Shown here: piece after piece, positions 1 to 13,992 of the stretch
Numbering within the stretch: the first letter of the stretch is position 1
How the letters are laid out: each line of letters begins with the position of its first letter
Origin: the human T2T-CHM13v2.0 reference genome, Homo sapiens
Length of the DNA: 64,000 bases
Direction: 5' to 3'
NCBI GenBank assembly: GCA_009914755.4
Contig: CP068257.2
Coordinates: 22,528,001 to 22,592,000 of the forward strand
The notes under the pieces: generated by a model
What the model saw: the letters and a program-made list of their open reading frames with translations, nothing else
What the model was told of the DNA's origin: nothing
The model's database searches: none
Position numbers and translations under genes: made by a program

Positions 1-656
1 CAGAAGAATTATTAAACTTGTGATCTACCAGCGGAAGACTAAATTTGGGATCATGAAAATGGGAAAAAATATAGGGCATTGTTTAAATGGAATGACTTTT
101 CCAGTGTAGATGAGTAGAAAGAAAACATTAAAAGTATTTTACAGATAAAATGAATATTTCAGGTGATGAATTAATGTGGGATTTTAGAAATAAGTTGATG
201 TAAAGCATGAGTCCTAGATACGTGCCTTGATAATAAAAGTGTAACCTCTCTTACAGAATATTTTTTTCATAACTTGGAAAAGGTGAGCAGAAATCATGTG
301 AAATATATTTAACTCTCCAATATTCTATGAAGTTTTTACCTAAGTGGATCCATAAAAACTGCTATGGACACTTAAGAGTATAGTTTATATAAATGTATTT
401 GTAACGTACAAACTGAAAATAGAAATAGAATTATGGATTGTTGTTGTAATTGTATTTTGAGTTATATTCAGAAATTCATTATGAATATTTTGAATGCCCT
501 GTTTATTGAACTTCTAGGAATTTTGTGTCCTTATTAAGGTCTAGAATTGTATTTGAACTCATTTAAATAACTTTCATCTGACTTGCTTTTTATACTAATA
601 ACTTCAATTCTAGCCATAAACTTTTATTGTCAATCATTCCCAGTTTTTATTTTCAG

Positions 657-1090
<434 letters not shown>

Positions 1091-1633
1091 TGAATGTGCC
1101 AATTTCATATCAAGTAGGTATTCAAAAACTCCAGCAGCATGTAGGATTACAGTTATTATAATTGATAAACCAAATGGAACCTGAACTCTTTGGGTGTGGA
1201 GAACATCTCCATCTCCAGAGCCTGGAACAATGTCTTATACATAATAGGTTTACATATAATAGTTTACACACAATATTTTAGAAAACTGTTTACCTGATAT
1301 AGTGGGCATGACTTGTCCTGCCCTTAAACTAGAAGAAAGAACTCAAATTTCCAGGCTTCCTTGCAACTAAAATTCAGGGATGTGGCCTAAGTTCTAAATG
1401 AAACTTTTATTTGAAAGTTGGTAACATAAGGGAACAATCTCTGCAAAAGATAGCTTTTACTAGAGGAGATAATGGCAGAGATACCTGGGAGGTTGTTACG
1501 AGGCTAACATAGAAGAGGGAATGGTAGTTGTTACGAGGCTGAGTGTTAGTGTTCATGGTGAACTTGGGTTCAGGACATGAAGTTCACGCCATAACTGTTA
1601 CACAGGAGCAGTGGCATCTTCTCATGAGGCCAT

Positions 1634-1678
1634 TTTTTTTTTAAATTTCTTTCTCTCTCTCTCTCTTTTTTTTTTTTG
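1634..1678. repeat. Poly-T/(CT)n simple repeat
   Basis: tttttttttaaatttctttctctctctctctctttttttttttt. Confidence 0.8.
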
Positions 1679-3547
1679 GCAAGCTTTTCTGATTTGAACT
1701 GCAAGACTGTATCTCTGGATTTTCCAATGATTGTGGATGCTATCAACCATTCCATTAATTTAATCATCAAATATTTTCTGAGCATCTACTATGAGCCAAG
1801 TTAATTGGCAACAGGATAAGCAAAGACTAGAAGTACGCAGTCTTTGTATTTACAGATTCTAATCATGGATGCACGTGACCAATAACAAGCAAAAAATTAC
1901 AGTTTTCATGTGATAAGTGCTCCAAATAAATCCCCATACATGTCGATAGAAACATGCAAAAAGACAACTAATCTAGTCTTATGGGATCAAAGTAAGCTTC
2001 CTCAGAAAGGCAAATCTGAACTAATCTCAGAGCAGGGCTTGCCAAGCTGTGGTTGCAGACCATCTGCATCAGAAACTCCGGGGATATTTACAGTACAGAA
2101 TTCTTTACCACCCTCTAGATTTACTGATTCAAAATTTATGAGATTTTACACAAGAATCTGCAATTGTATTAAACATCACACATACCAAAAAATAAAAATC
2201 TAACATAGCAAATGAAAATGGGTTGACTGAGAGAAGAGAATGGATCTAGAATTTAAGTATCAGGGGGAAAAAAAAAAGACTGTTTGAATGATTACTGTCC
2301 AATGATCGAAGCACTTGCAGGGATAGATACTATCAAGTGTCTGTATATTAACACATTTTTATACTGAGAGAAAAAGCCACAGTTTAGGGTCAAAGAGATA
2401 TTGATTGAATCTTACATTTCCCACTTAACCCATTGGCTAATTTGTGTAGCTTTGAATCTCAATATCTTCATTCAAACATCAAGGAGTGATTATAATGTCA
2501 TGAGAAGATAGCTAAGACTAAGTAAAACAAAGTTGTATAAAGGCAATAACCAGCAATAAATGTTGGTTTCCTTTTCTTTGTGCACACATTTTTTTAATCT
2601 AGAAGAGTTGCCTATGGATGGCATATGTTTAGTAGTTATGAGCGCTGATATTATCAACACATAAAAGAGTATCAAGGAAATCAGCTGTTAAGTAGAAACT
2701 TACCAATGGCTTTTACTAATTGCCTTAATATAAGCTCAATGGCATGTTTATAGTGCACATTACAGTTCACTTAGGAGCACATTATTTTTAGTTGAAATAT
2801 ATTATCGTATTGGATGAATAGACATAAGGGTATGTATTCCCTTATGATCAGATGTTGTCTCTGATCTAGCTTGCCAAAAATATGAATAGCAAAAGAAAAC
2901 AAAAGGTCACATTTGGTCAAAACTCAAAGAAAGGTATTTTAAATTTATTAAGAGTATCTTATGAATTTTCTAATGTTTAGCATTATTTATAGTGAAATGT
3001 AATGTTGGCACAGTACTATCACTCAGATCTAAAGTCCTTTCTTCTAAGAGTGTAAAACAGTATTTTCTCTTTTTATTATTAGCATTTGCTGTCAATTTAA
3101 CATAGAGATTATGGACCAAAAAATTATACTGGAAATTACTTCTTTTTGTGCGTTTTTAATTTCATGATACTCTTGATATGTTTTTGTTGTTTTGCTTTTC
3201 AATGCAATCAAATATTATGTTCTCATTATGGCAACTCAGTAACAGTTGAGCTGAATTTCCATGGTACTAAGGTTAGTAAACAAGGTATTCTTGATTCTAG
3301 CAGATGTGTCTGATTTGAAACCTCTGTTTTTAAGGTGGGGATACTCAAGCCAGACACATGACAACAAACCCAGGAACTACATGTTAAGAACTTAGTAGCC
3401 TCAGGATAGAAACATCTCTCTTAGCACTCTTCTTTTTCCATCAACCATGCTGATTATATGGTCATTTATACTGAAACAGTTTTCCCTTTCTTCTCTCTTA
3501 TACATTAATGCATAATTCTTGATATGCAATACAGTTGCATTGTAATG

Positions 3548-3567
3548 TATATATATATATATATATC
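3548..3567. repeat. (TA)10 dinucleotide repeat
   Basis: An atatatatatatatatatat run. Confidence 0.8.
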
Positions 3568-3724
3568 TTTATATGACAGGGCTCTAAAATTTTCAATGCA
3601 GTTCAACATCACAAAGTTCACCAGTTTGTACTTCCTCACATATTTACAGTAGTTTCTGTGGTCCAACATCCAAAAAAAAACCTACATGTTCTCACCAATA
3701 TGTGTTAGAATCTGTATTTAGAGA

Positions 3725-3726
3725 TG

Positions 3727-3780
<54 letters not shown>

Positions 3781-3930
3781 TAGATAGATAGGTATAGATA
3801 GATGACAGAGAGGTGTAGATTTTAGAAAGATGGTAGATAGATGTAGATTTTAGAAAGCTGATAGAGGGATAGACTGATATTTTATATGATAGATAGATGG
3901 ATAGATAGATACATAGATACATAGATGATG
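3725..3930. repeat. Compound (GATA)n/(GACA)n tetranucleotide microsatellite with degenerate higher-order units
   Basis: About 10 perfect GATA units are followed by (GACA)3 and GATA runs. These are interrupted by a twice-repeated 'gtagattttagaaag' block. The ORF at 3692-3922 is an artefact of the repeat. Confidence 0.9.
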
Positions 3931-4325
3931 TAGATTTTTCTCTTCTCTGAGATTTTGGGGTTATGTTTTGGTGTTTTAGTTTTTTTTAAACTCATGCTTC
4001 CCAGAATAAAGTAATGATTTCCATACTATGCAAAGTGTTTCATATTTTGTTTCTTCTAATATTTTAAATTTATCTTATATTACACCCTTTTAATACACTG
4101 TACTCCAACTTAAGTTGTAAATCTAAAACACTAAAATGTCTCCTAGGACAAGACTTTACTTTCTTATGTTTTTAATTACTTTTTATTTTTTCCTGTTATA
4201 TTCTGCTTTCATATTTCTAAAAGCCTAGACTTAAATAACATTTTAAATGCTTTCCCTTTTTGATCAATAGGTGGACAAGTACTGCTTTGTTTTAGCTTCT
4301 ACAGAGATGTTCCCTTGGACATTGG

Positions 4326-4715
4326 TTTTTGTTTCTCATTGCTGCTGTAACAATTTTTCAGGGGGCTTAAGCAATCCAAATTTATTATTTTAGAATTCTG
4401 TAGGTGAGAAGTCCAACTGGGGTCTTACTGGACTAACATGAAGATGTTGGCAGTACTGTATTCCTTTCTACTCTAGGAAAGAATTGCCTCCTTAATGTTT
4501 TTGGGTTCTAGAGGTTTCTTTGGCTCCTGGGCCTATTCTCCTACTTCAAAGCTAGAAAAGGTGAGTTGAGTTTTTCTCACACTGCATCTCTGAGACCTTG
4601 CAGACATCATTATATCTTTCTCTGACTCTCCCCTAAATCTCTCTTCCACTCCCTCTTCCCTGTGATTACATTAAGGCTTACCTGGATAACCAGGACACCC
4701 TCTCCTTTGATAGTT
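4326..4715 (-). mobile_element. MaLR/ERVL-type solo LTR (MST/MLT-like), 3'-truncated copy
   Basis: It begins tgtttctcattgctgctgtaacaa..tttattattttagaattctgtaggtgagaagtccaa, the reverse complement of the LTR terminus (...ttgttacagcagcaatgagaaactaataca). Downstream there is similarity to the ...cctgtgattacattaaggc..ggataaccagga segment. The family name is uncertain. Confidence 0.6.
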
Positions 4716-5792
4716 TATTTTAAGCTAAGTGGTAAGTTTAAATATATACTATTCTTTGTTACAGCTTTTAGCTAAAATTAAATAGAAACTTTTAATTTTT
4801 AAGCTTTTAACATTTTAAAAATTACTATGATTATTTTTCTTTGTGACTCCTCTGTTATAAAAACACACACATGTAAACATACCCACAAAATACTTTCCTC
4901 CTGAGGCAGTTAATCTAACCCCACTAATCAGAAGAAAAATCACATGAACTATCTTAATAAAATATTTCTATAATTCTTATTAATTATTTAGTTACTTTTG
5001 CAGATGTTTTTACATCCTCATAAAGTTCTTTAGAGGAGGACATGTGTTTTAATCTTCTTTCTTTGCATTATAATTTTGAAAAAATAATTTGATGCGTGAA
5101 TATATAAAAATAACATTTGAAACTCTTACTAATCTAGTCAAGGGAAAATACATCAACTGGAATTACAGAGCACTGTTTATTCTTTGAATCTTACATGGCT
5201 GTAAGATTCTAAAATCAATGTTGTATAAAAATTTCTTATTGTAAAACTATCCTTGAAAGACATCCAGTCTCCTGGAAAATGCAACACATTTGATCTCTCA
5301 GTAAATCTAGCATTTCTTTTAAAAGCTGAAGTATTGGACCAGATCAGTGTTCCATCTGCTGAATGTCAGTGAAGTAACTGGCTTGGATTTTGATGTCAGT
5401 GGCACAAACATAATGCAAGTTTTAACATCCCACTGAACCCAATGAGATGCTCACATGAGTGGATGCCTGAGGGCCTAAAAATAGCTTTTCAGACCTCCCC
5501 AAAATAAAATAATGCATCCTTAAGTCCATTATTTTTTTTCACTCCACATACTCTTCAGCAAGAAATCAAGTTGGATCTTTTAAAATACCGAATAGCCATA
5601 ATCAAACCATGCCTTCTGCTCATTGCCTCTAGCCTGGTCTAACTCATCAGCATCATCTATTGTCTTAGCAGCAGTAGTCTTCTAACTGGTCTTTCTATCC
5701 CTTTACTTACACAGTCTGTTTTCAATCTGTTCTTTTAAAACTCTGAACAGATGATATCACTTTCTTTGCAGATTTCTTTCTTTTTTTTTTTT

Positions 5793-6155
5793 GTGACTAT
5801 ATTACTCTGTTTTCACAATGCTATAATGACAGATTGGGTAATTTATAAAGAAAAGAGGTTTAATTGACTCACATGGCCGGGGAGGCCTCAGTAAACTTAT
5901 AATCCTGGTGGAAGGGGAAGCAGTCACATCTTACATGGCGGCAGGAGAGAGGGTTAGCAAGAGCAGGGAAAACTGCCTCATGAAACCATTAGATCTTGTG
6001 AGAACTCACTCACTATCATGAGAACAGCATGGGTGAAACCACCCATGTGATCCCATCACCTCCCTCCAATGACAGTGGGGATTACAGCTCCCTGCCTCAA
6101 CACGTGAGGATTTGGAGATGAGATTTGGGGGTGGGCACAGAGCCAAACTGTATCA
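5793..6155 (-). mobile_element. THE1-like MaLR solo LTR, near full length
   Basis: The copy runs from tgtgactatattactctgttttcacaatgctataatgacagattgggtaatttataaagaaaagaggtttaattgactcaca through tcactcactatcatgagaacagcatggg to gagatttgggggtgggcacagagccaaactgtatca. That is the reverse complement of the THE1 consensus (TGATATGGTTTGGCTGTGTCCCCACCCAAATCTC...ACTAATACA). Confidence 0.8.
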
Positions 6156-7165
6156 GTGACCCTCTGTTTTACCCAGAGTAAAAACAATATTCCTTTGGCC
6201 AATGATGCTGTTCACCTTGAAAATATAGTTGGTATCTTTGTTACTATTTATATTTGAAATGTGATATATGCATATTTCTATATTCTTAGATTTGAGTGGA
6301 AAATGTTTGCTTTTAGGTTTTCTGGATTTCAGAACTGTAGATAAGAATCAGAAGGTCTATCTTTTTGAATATGGCAAAAATGCTAGCCTATGGTTCCCTT
6401 TTTATGAATATTTCAGCCACCCTTTAGAATTACCTATGAGGAAAGAAAAAGAATCTCAGTAGCTGTAATCTTTAATAAAACTTATGTGCTATATAAAATA
6501 TAGTAAAGAAGAGATGTCCTTCCCTGAGAATAGCACCTGTTCCATAGGTAGTTGGATTTGGTCCTGTCCCAGAAATTTACCCCCTGGCTTAAAACAAAAT
6601 GGCTGGAAACGAGAATTTATATCATTGACTAGGCACACAATAGAATAAGTTTGCTGAGCTAAAGCACAGTATATCTGAGCAGGAAAAGCAGTGTGAAGGG
6701 CCAGCCTGTGTAATTTTACTCAGAACTCAATTTTGTAGCTGGGTTTCTTAAGTAGTTTTCAGCATGTGTGTTAAAGTAGTCTCCAGTTTAGGAGGGTCAC
6801 AAAAATGTCACTATATTCAGAGTAACTAGAACCAGCAGTAAAACAGAATTCTGTAGAGACTACAAACTTAAAATGAAAACTTTTTCCCCCCAGCCCCATT
6901 TATACTACTGATAATTTAACAGCATGAAATGTGCTTAGTTCCCCTCTTCAGTGGTGAATGCATGCTAATGCTGCAGACAAGTTACGGGCCTTAGTTCCAA
7001 AACCTTTAAAATCATATTTTGTGGTTTTTACATTCTACTCATCATTTTCTTATTTAAAATATGAATAGAAGATATGTAAATAAATAGAAAGATAGAAACA
7101 TATAATTTAATTTTTTGACATCTGAATGAAAGTAAAAATTTCCTTTATGGGCTATTTTGGAATGA

Positions 7166-7467
<302 letters not shown>

Positions 7468-9744
7468 TGACTTTGAATTTGATAACATGTCTTATCCTTG
7501 TGGTTTAAGTTTTCTTTATTAATATTTATATTTGAAATTTAATATGCACATACTTATTTGCTCATAGGTTTGAGTTTGGTACTGAATGTAAACTATGAAA
7601 GAAGCCAAAATCTAACAGAAATTTAGTAAAATTTCCAGAGAAATTATTTTTGTTCCATAGACTTTCTTTAATTGTTTGGTCAAGGAGTTTTATGGAAACT
7701 TAAAAAATTATGATCTTCTTTCCATCCTTTTTGCTTTCTTTCTACTTTATGTAATTTATTGATCAATTGCTTTTAAAACTCAATGTACTGAAAACATTGT
7801 TATTCCAGGTTGCCTGCATTCAATTTCAAATTGAAAAATAAAATTAATGAAAATATTCATTTGTCAAAAATTTAAAAATACACTTTTTATGAAAATATGA
7901 ACATTGTATACTACTTGTATTAAGATCTCGCTTGTATTCTTTCCAATCATTTGATCCAAACATATTAATAAATTAAAAGTTGCAGTCTATAGTAGGGTAA
8001 AGATTGAGTTTTTTTGTATTACTTAAATATTTTAAACATTTGAACTCATCAGCCATGCTGATGCTGCTTTATGAATTTAATTAATTTGTAAAAAAATACT
8101 TTCTAGGAGCTCTTCAAATGGATCTAGTATTGAAAAACATGTTATATAACAAAATTTGCTTTTCATTCTGTCATAAATGTATAATGAGATAAAATAATCT
8201 TGAGGATTCAATGCTATAGAAAATGAGTCATTCCAGATATCAAGAAAAATGAAGCATCTAATTTTTGAATCTCAAAAATAGCCTCTCAGAAAAGAGAGCA
8301 ATATACAGAAGTGTTCTGATGATAAAGAGGAAAAATAAAGTTGTAAGAATTTTCTAGCAGTAGTGTTTTCCCAAGACATACAATTGAAATTATGAATAAA
8401 AAGCATTAATAGTTGTCATCCAGTGATCTAGTAGTTTTATTTAAACTTGAGGTTTTTTCTTAATTCTAAAAACTCTAAAAGACCATCATAGAAATTGAAA
8501 TATTTCAGTCTGACACAGTTTCACATACACAGAATAATCAAATATCATTTAATTTCTACATAAAAGAAAACTAGAGGTAGTTAAAGTGGTAAAACTGGAT
8601 TTTATTCAGGAACTATTGCAATGGGGAAAAGAGGCCTCTGTGTAAACCTGGCCTCAATTCTGAGTACAGCATAGACAAGTCAGGAATGTACAAGGAGTAG
8701 AGTAGGAGGGTCTGTGCATGTAAAATTACTAAGAGGAAACATCAGCCGTAAAGGGCAATTCAGGAAATCAATGTCATAAGAAAAGTAGCCGAGTGTTTGC
8801 AGTCCCAGATGTACTGGTTTCTTAGTAGGAATAACTCTGAACATTTTAAAATAAAATATAAAAATATTTGAATGATCAAATCAAACATTATTCTTATACA
8901 AGAATAACCAATACAATGTCAAGTGTTTTAAATACATATAATGAATGTGAACCATTAATACGATCAGTCTATCTTTTGAGTAACATAAATGAAGTGTTAT
9001 TTGACCAATTAATTTAGACTTACAATTCTTAAGTTGATGGGAGACCAAGTTTATGAATACTGCTGCAATAGTCAGTGAACTTAAGTTTCACTATATTTGT
9101 AAATCTGCCGGATTTATGATAATTACTTAAGAAATTTTGAAAATGTATATGTATCTACATAAATGTATTAGGCAACAGGGGTATGATTTTGAACAGAACC
9201 TAGACTAGTAGCAGAGTGATTGTGTAAGTCAGGTTTGGAAAAGATGATGGGTAAGTGAGGAATGGTCAAGGGATGTCTTAATTAAGCTGATATTTATTTA
9301 AAATATTTGTTCTTTTCACCCCTCATTCATGCCTTGGTAGAAAAGAACATCATTTGTATTTCCAAACCAAAACTGACTCAGAAGTCTCATAACAGCCTAA
9401 ATCAAGGGCCTCTTTTTATAGCCCAGGCTTATATGAGTTCTCTAATTTGTGTTGGAAACCTTTTCCTTCCTTGACCTCTGAAAAATGTCTTTGTGTTGGC
9501 CCTCTTCTTGCTTTCTGGGTGTCCATCTTTGGACTTCTGTTTTGATCCCTCTTACTTTCACAGTCCTTCACTGCTGCTCCTCAAGTTGGTCTTCGTTGGT
9601 TCTTCTCCACCATGGGCCCAGGTGACCTCATCCTAGAGTTTTAATCATAATCTTTTTGCTGATGATTCAAAAGTCTTTCCTAATATCTGAGTCTCTTAGC
9701 TTATTTGTTCACTCATTTAATAGTACTGATTTAACAATCAACAA

Positions 9745-10748
9745 GTAGATTCTGGATATTAGCCCTTTGTCAGATGAGTAGATTGCAAAAATTTTCTCCC
9801 ATTCTGTAGGTTGCCTGTTCACTCTGACGGTAGTTTCTTTTGCTGTGCAGAAGCTCTTTAGTTTAATTAGATCAAACAAATTTACAAGAAAAAAACAAAC
9901 AACCCCATCAACAAGTGGGCGAAGGATATGAACAGACAGGTCTCAAAAGAAGACATTTATCCAGCCAACAGACACATGAAAAAATGCTCATCATCACTGG
10001 CCATCAGAGAAATGCAACTCAAAACCACAATGAGATACCATCTCACACCAGTTAGAATGGCGATCATTTAAGTCAGGAAACAACAGGTGCTGGAGAGGAT
10101 GTGGAGAAATAGGAACACTTTTACACTGGTGGTGGGACGGTAAACTAGTTCAACCATTGTGGAAGTCAGTGTGGAGATTCCTCAGGGATCTAGAACTAGA
10201 AATACCATTTGACCCAGCCATCCCATTACTGGGTATATACCCAAAGGATTATAAAACATGCTGCTATAAAGACACATGCACACGTATGTTTATTGCGGCA
10301 CTATTCACAATAGCAAAGACTTGGAACCAACCCAAATGTCCAACAATGACAGACTGGACTAAGAAAATGTGGCACAAATACACCATGGAATACTATGCAG
10401 CCATAAAAATTGATGAGTTCATGTCCTTTACAGAGACATGGATGAAGCTGGAAACCATCATTCTCAGCAAACTATCGCAAGGACAAAAAACCAAACACCG
10501 CATGTTCTCACTCATAGGTGGGAATTGAACAATGAGAACACATGGACACAGGAAGGGGAACATCACACACCGGGGACTGTTGTGGGGTGGGGGGAGGGGG
10601 GAGGGATAGCATTAGGAGATATACCTAATGTAATGATGAGTTAATGGGTGCAGCACACCAACATGGCACATGTATACATATGTAACAAACCTGCACATTG
10701 TGCACATGTACCCTAGAACCTAAAGCATAATAAAAAAAAAATTTAAAA
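9745..10748 (+). mobile_element. L1PA-type LINE-1 3' end (about 1 kb) with 5' inverted segment (twin-priming structure) and poly-A
   Basis: Positions 9874-10748 match the sense-strand L1 ORF2 C-terminus plus 3'UTR, ending ...ccctagaacctaaagcataataaaaaaaaa. Positions 9745-9873 are antisense L1 (gattctggatattagccctttgtcagatgagtagattgcaaaaattttctcccattctgtaggttgcc...ctttagtttaattagatc). In L1 coordinates this piece lies directly upstream of the sense piece, with a deletion of about 16 nt at the junction. A 12-bp TSD, aatcaacaagta, sits at 9735-9746 and about 10751-10762. Confidence 0.9.
9874..10528 (+). pseudogene. L1 ORF2 C-terminal remnant (reverse transcriptase/C-domain tail), non-functional fragment
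   Basis: The track ORF 10157-10528 translates to ...LELEIPFDPAIPLLGIYPKDYK...MWHKYTMEYYAAIKIDEFMSFTETWMKLETIILSKLSQGQKTKHRMFSLIGGN*. This is the recognisable L1 ORF2p C-terminus. It is 5'-truncated, so it is a fragment only. Confidence 0.85.
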
Positions 10749-11330
10749 AAATCAACAAGTATTTTTTCAACTAGATCTCCTCAACATTTCTGCCTAGATC
10801 TTCCCCAAGAACTATACATTCAATTTGTTTCACAATGGCCCCACTTTTTACCAGTAATTACAGTTACCTTTATGTAATTATTATATTATTTTATGCATTG
10901 TTATCAGTGTCTCCCACTTATGTTTGAAATTTTTAGGGTTTTCCTGAGTTTCTTCCTTTTCTTCATACACTAAGTCCAATCAACTTCGATATTATTCAGG
11001 CTTCTACTTTGGAAAACTCATTAGTCCCTTTATTCACTAGCTCAAAAACCTGAACTTGTTTCAATAGTTACATCTGTTACATTTCATTAACAAATACTAA
11101 AAGTTACTTGATTAACAAGGCAGAAACAAGAGGAATTATGAATGTTATTGAACATGTGTGGAGTTCAAGGTTCAACATTTACTCTTAAATAGTAAGTTTA
11201 CTAAATGTACAAGAAATTAATGAGGACTTTTCAGTATTCTAAAGCATAATTTGGAAGTTTCTATAGTATATCTAAGGATGACTAAGTACAAATGAAAAAC
11301 TACCACAACAGCAAAAGCTACTATTTGAAC

Positions 11331-11921
11331 TTTTTTTTTTTATTTCAATTTTGTTTTTTATTATTTAAGTTCTGGGGTACATGTGCAGAACATGCAGGTT
11401 TGTTACATACGTATACACCTGCCATGGTGGTTTGCTGCACCCATCAACCCATCATCTACATTAGGTATTTCTCCTAATGCTATCCCTACCCAGCCCACCA
11501 CCCCCCCACCCCCCTACCCTCTACCACCCGACAGGCCCCAGTGTGTGATGTTCCCCTCCCTGTGTCCATGTGTTCTCATAGTTCAACTCCGACTTATGAG
11601 TGAAAACATGCGGTGTTTGTTTTTCTGTTCTTGTGTTAGCTTGCTGAGAATGATGGTAGAACTAGAATTGCCATTTGATCCAGCAATCCTATTACTGGGT
11701 ATCTACCCAAAGGATTATAGATCATTCTACTATAAAGACATATGCACATGTGTGTTTATTGTGGCACTGTTCACCATAGCAAAGACTTGGAGCCAACTCA
11801 AATGCCCATCAATGATAGACTGGATAAAGAAAATGTGGCACATATACACCATGCAATACTGTGCAGCCATAAAAAAGGATGAGTTCATGCCTTTTGCAGG
11901 GACGTGAATGAAACTGGAAGC
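11331..11921 (-). mobile_element. L1PA-type LINE-1 3' end on minus strand with twin-priming inversion
   Basis: Positions 11331-11657 are poly-T plus antisense L1 3'UTR (ttatttaagttctggggtacatgtgcagaacatgcaggtttgttacatacgtatacacctgccatggtgg...ttgctgagaatgatggt). Positions 11658-11921 are sense L1 ORF2 end (agaactagaattgccatttgatccagcaatcctattactgggtatctacccaaaggattat...gatgagttcatgccttttgcagggacgtgaatgaaactggaagc). The two blocks are contiguous in L1 coordinates (..ggaagc | catcattctcagcaa..). Read on the minus strand this is 5'-inverted piece-sense 3' end-polyA. The flanking TSD is about 10 bp, ctatttgaac / ctgtttgaac. The track ORF 11383-11907 spans the junction and is an artefact. Confidence 0.85.
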
Positions 11922-13954
11922 TGTTTGAACTTTGAATTCGTGTTTCAGAAAACCTTTCAGAGGTCCCATTATCTAATGTAAAGGGCCCTCAAAGTCAGAT
12001 TTGTTGAAAGTGATAAGATTATACAAGAGATAGAACATTTATGACATCATATCACTGTCAAAGGACTTATTTTAAAACATCTCAAACGAATTGATTAATG
12101 AAGAATTTAAAATCTGATTGTGGCTAATCATGCCAGGCTACATGGCCTCTATCCTTGAACTTCTGAAAAAAGAGGTTACCTTTTATATAAAATCAACTGA
12201 GTTAGAAATCACATGCTTATTCAAATGCATGTATTTTATGATTTAATTATTTTTCATTTCTTAGACCGCTTAAGGAAAAATATAATGACTATGAGATATT
12301 AGGGCCTATGAAAACGTGGGATGTATTTTTCAAACATGCCAAACATATCTATGAGACTGTACCCTTTGCTTAAATTTCTCTATATCTAAAATTTCTGCTT
12401 AAATTGTGCATATCTCTTAGTAAGAAATGTATGTCACTCACTTTGTAAGCCTTATCCTGACATACTATCTAAACTTGATAACCCATTATTCCCTTATCTG
12501 TGTTTTCACAAAACTTTATTTGTACTTATTCTATTTATCAGTGTTAAAACAGTATACAATTAATTAAATATATATCTGCTAATCACTTTCAAAGCCCTCC
12601 CACCTATCTACTAAAGTGTGAGTTTTTAAAATCAAGGTACATTACCTCTCCAGATTTATATTATCTATTATCAAGTGGCATAATGCCTTAAATAAAATAA
12701 CTATGCGGGAGTTATTTCTGTGCTTCATGATATTAGTTTTATGTTACACAATAATAGTTTAATTCTCAGAAATACTACCTTGGATTTTTGATTTAGAGTT
12801 TCAATCGGTCTTTGGTCTGTGCTCAGCCAAATTTTATACCTTGGTGTCATTCTACTTGTAAGACTAAAAAAATAATAATAAGAGAGAAAACAAGCCATTA
12901 TATGTAAGTATATTCTGTTATTGTCATAAAACACCTACCTTATATATAATTGTTATTTATTATGATCATTTATTAACTACACCAGACAAAATCAACAAAA
13001 AATATGTAGAAATTACCTATGCAGAAGGAAGGGAAAACATGTTTTCATATAATCCTGCTATAGAGTTATTCTCCATACAAAACTCACTAGGCTTTTTCCT
13101 TTAATAACCAACATTCCATCCTTTTTCTATACAGAGAAGCCTTTAGGTTGATTAAAGTTCACATTGGCATAAATGTTTTCAACATAGTGAATGAATTCCA
13201 GGGAAAAAGCAGCTGCTATGTAAGTTATGTTAATGGCTGGGTTTTCCTTCACACAAAATTGTATACTGCTCCCCCTACCTCTGACACAGAAATCACCTCT
13301 TGTGGGCTGTAGTGCATTTTTTTTTTAGGTCTAGAAATTGGAAACATGGATATTTATTGCAGTTAAGGAACTAAGAATTTTAAAGAGGCAATTTCTGGAA
13401 GCTGGCTGAAAAATGACCTCATTCTCCTTCAAGTTTATTGTCCACACAGTGCTGTGCTGGCATTCCAAGATGCACGACGTGGTTAAAGTCTTTCTGCACA
13501 GGCTTCAGGGGCATGATTCTCAATAACAAATTGTGCCCGAATGCCTGATTTTACTTGTTTCCTAAAGAATGCTCATTTTATAATTCATTCCAGTAGGAAA
13601 ACAACACTATAAACATTTCAAAATATTTATAATTTAAAATATTAAATAACATTTTCTATGCTTTGATAGTTTAGAATGAGTCAAACATTTTAACCTCTTA
13701 AAAGTGACAGATTGGAGTCTACTAGGTAAAAGTTCCACATTTTCAGTTTCCTGAATTACCAGTTTAAGATATCATTTGACCAGCTTGAAGTATGATCTAT
13801 GGAATGATGATGATACATGAAATAATTATTATCAATTACAGACAAGATCACTATGAAAATCGAGATGAAGCATAGAATGTAAGAATTTCGGCAGATTAAG
13901 TTTATGTCTAATAAATCTAACAATTAAAAACATGATTTGTACTTGTAGTCCTCC

Positions 13955-13992
13955 TTTTTTATTTTTATTTTTATTTATTTTTATTTTTATAT
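13955..13992. repeat. (TTTTA)n pentanucleotide repeat
   Basis: ttttttatttttatttttatttatttttatttttat. Confidence 0.8.

Noticed and set aside
5776-5792. Poly-T run abutting the THE1 LTR, considered as the tail of an unseen SINE or LINE.
   Set aside because: No Alu or L1 body follows or precedes it. It is most simply a T-rich target site or a simple repeat.
11383-11907. 174-aa plus-strand ORF.
   Set aside because: It reads across the antisense-L1-3'UTR / sense-L1-ORF2 inversion junction at 11657/11658. The C-terminal part is an L1 ORF2 remnant and the N-terminal part is a translated antisense UTR.
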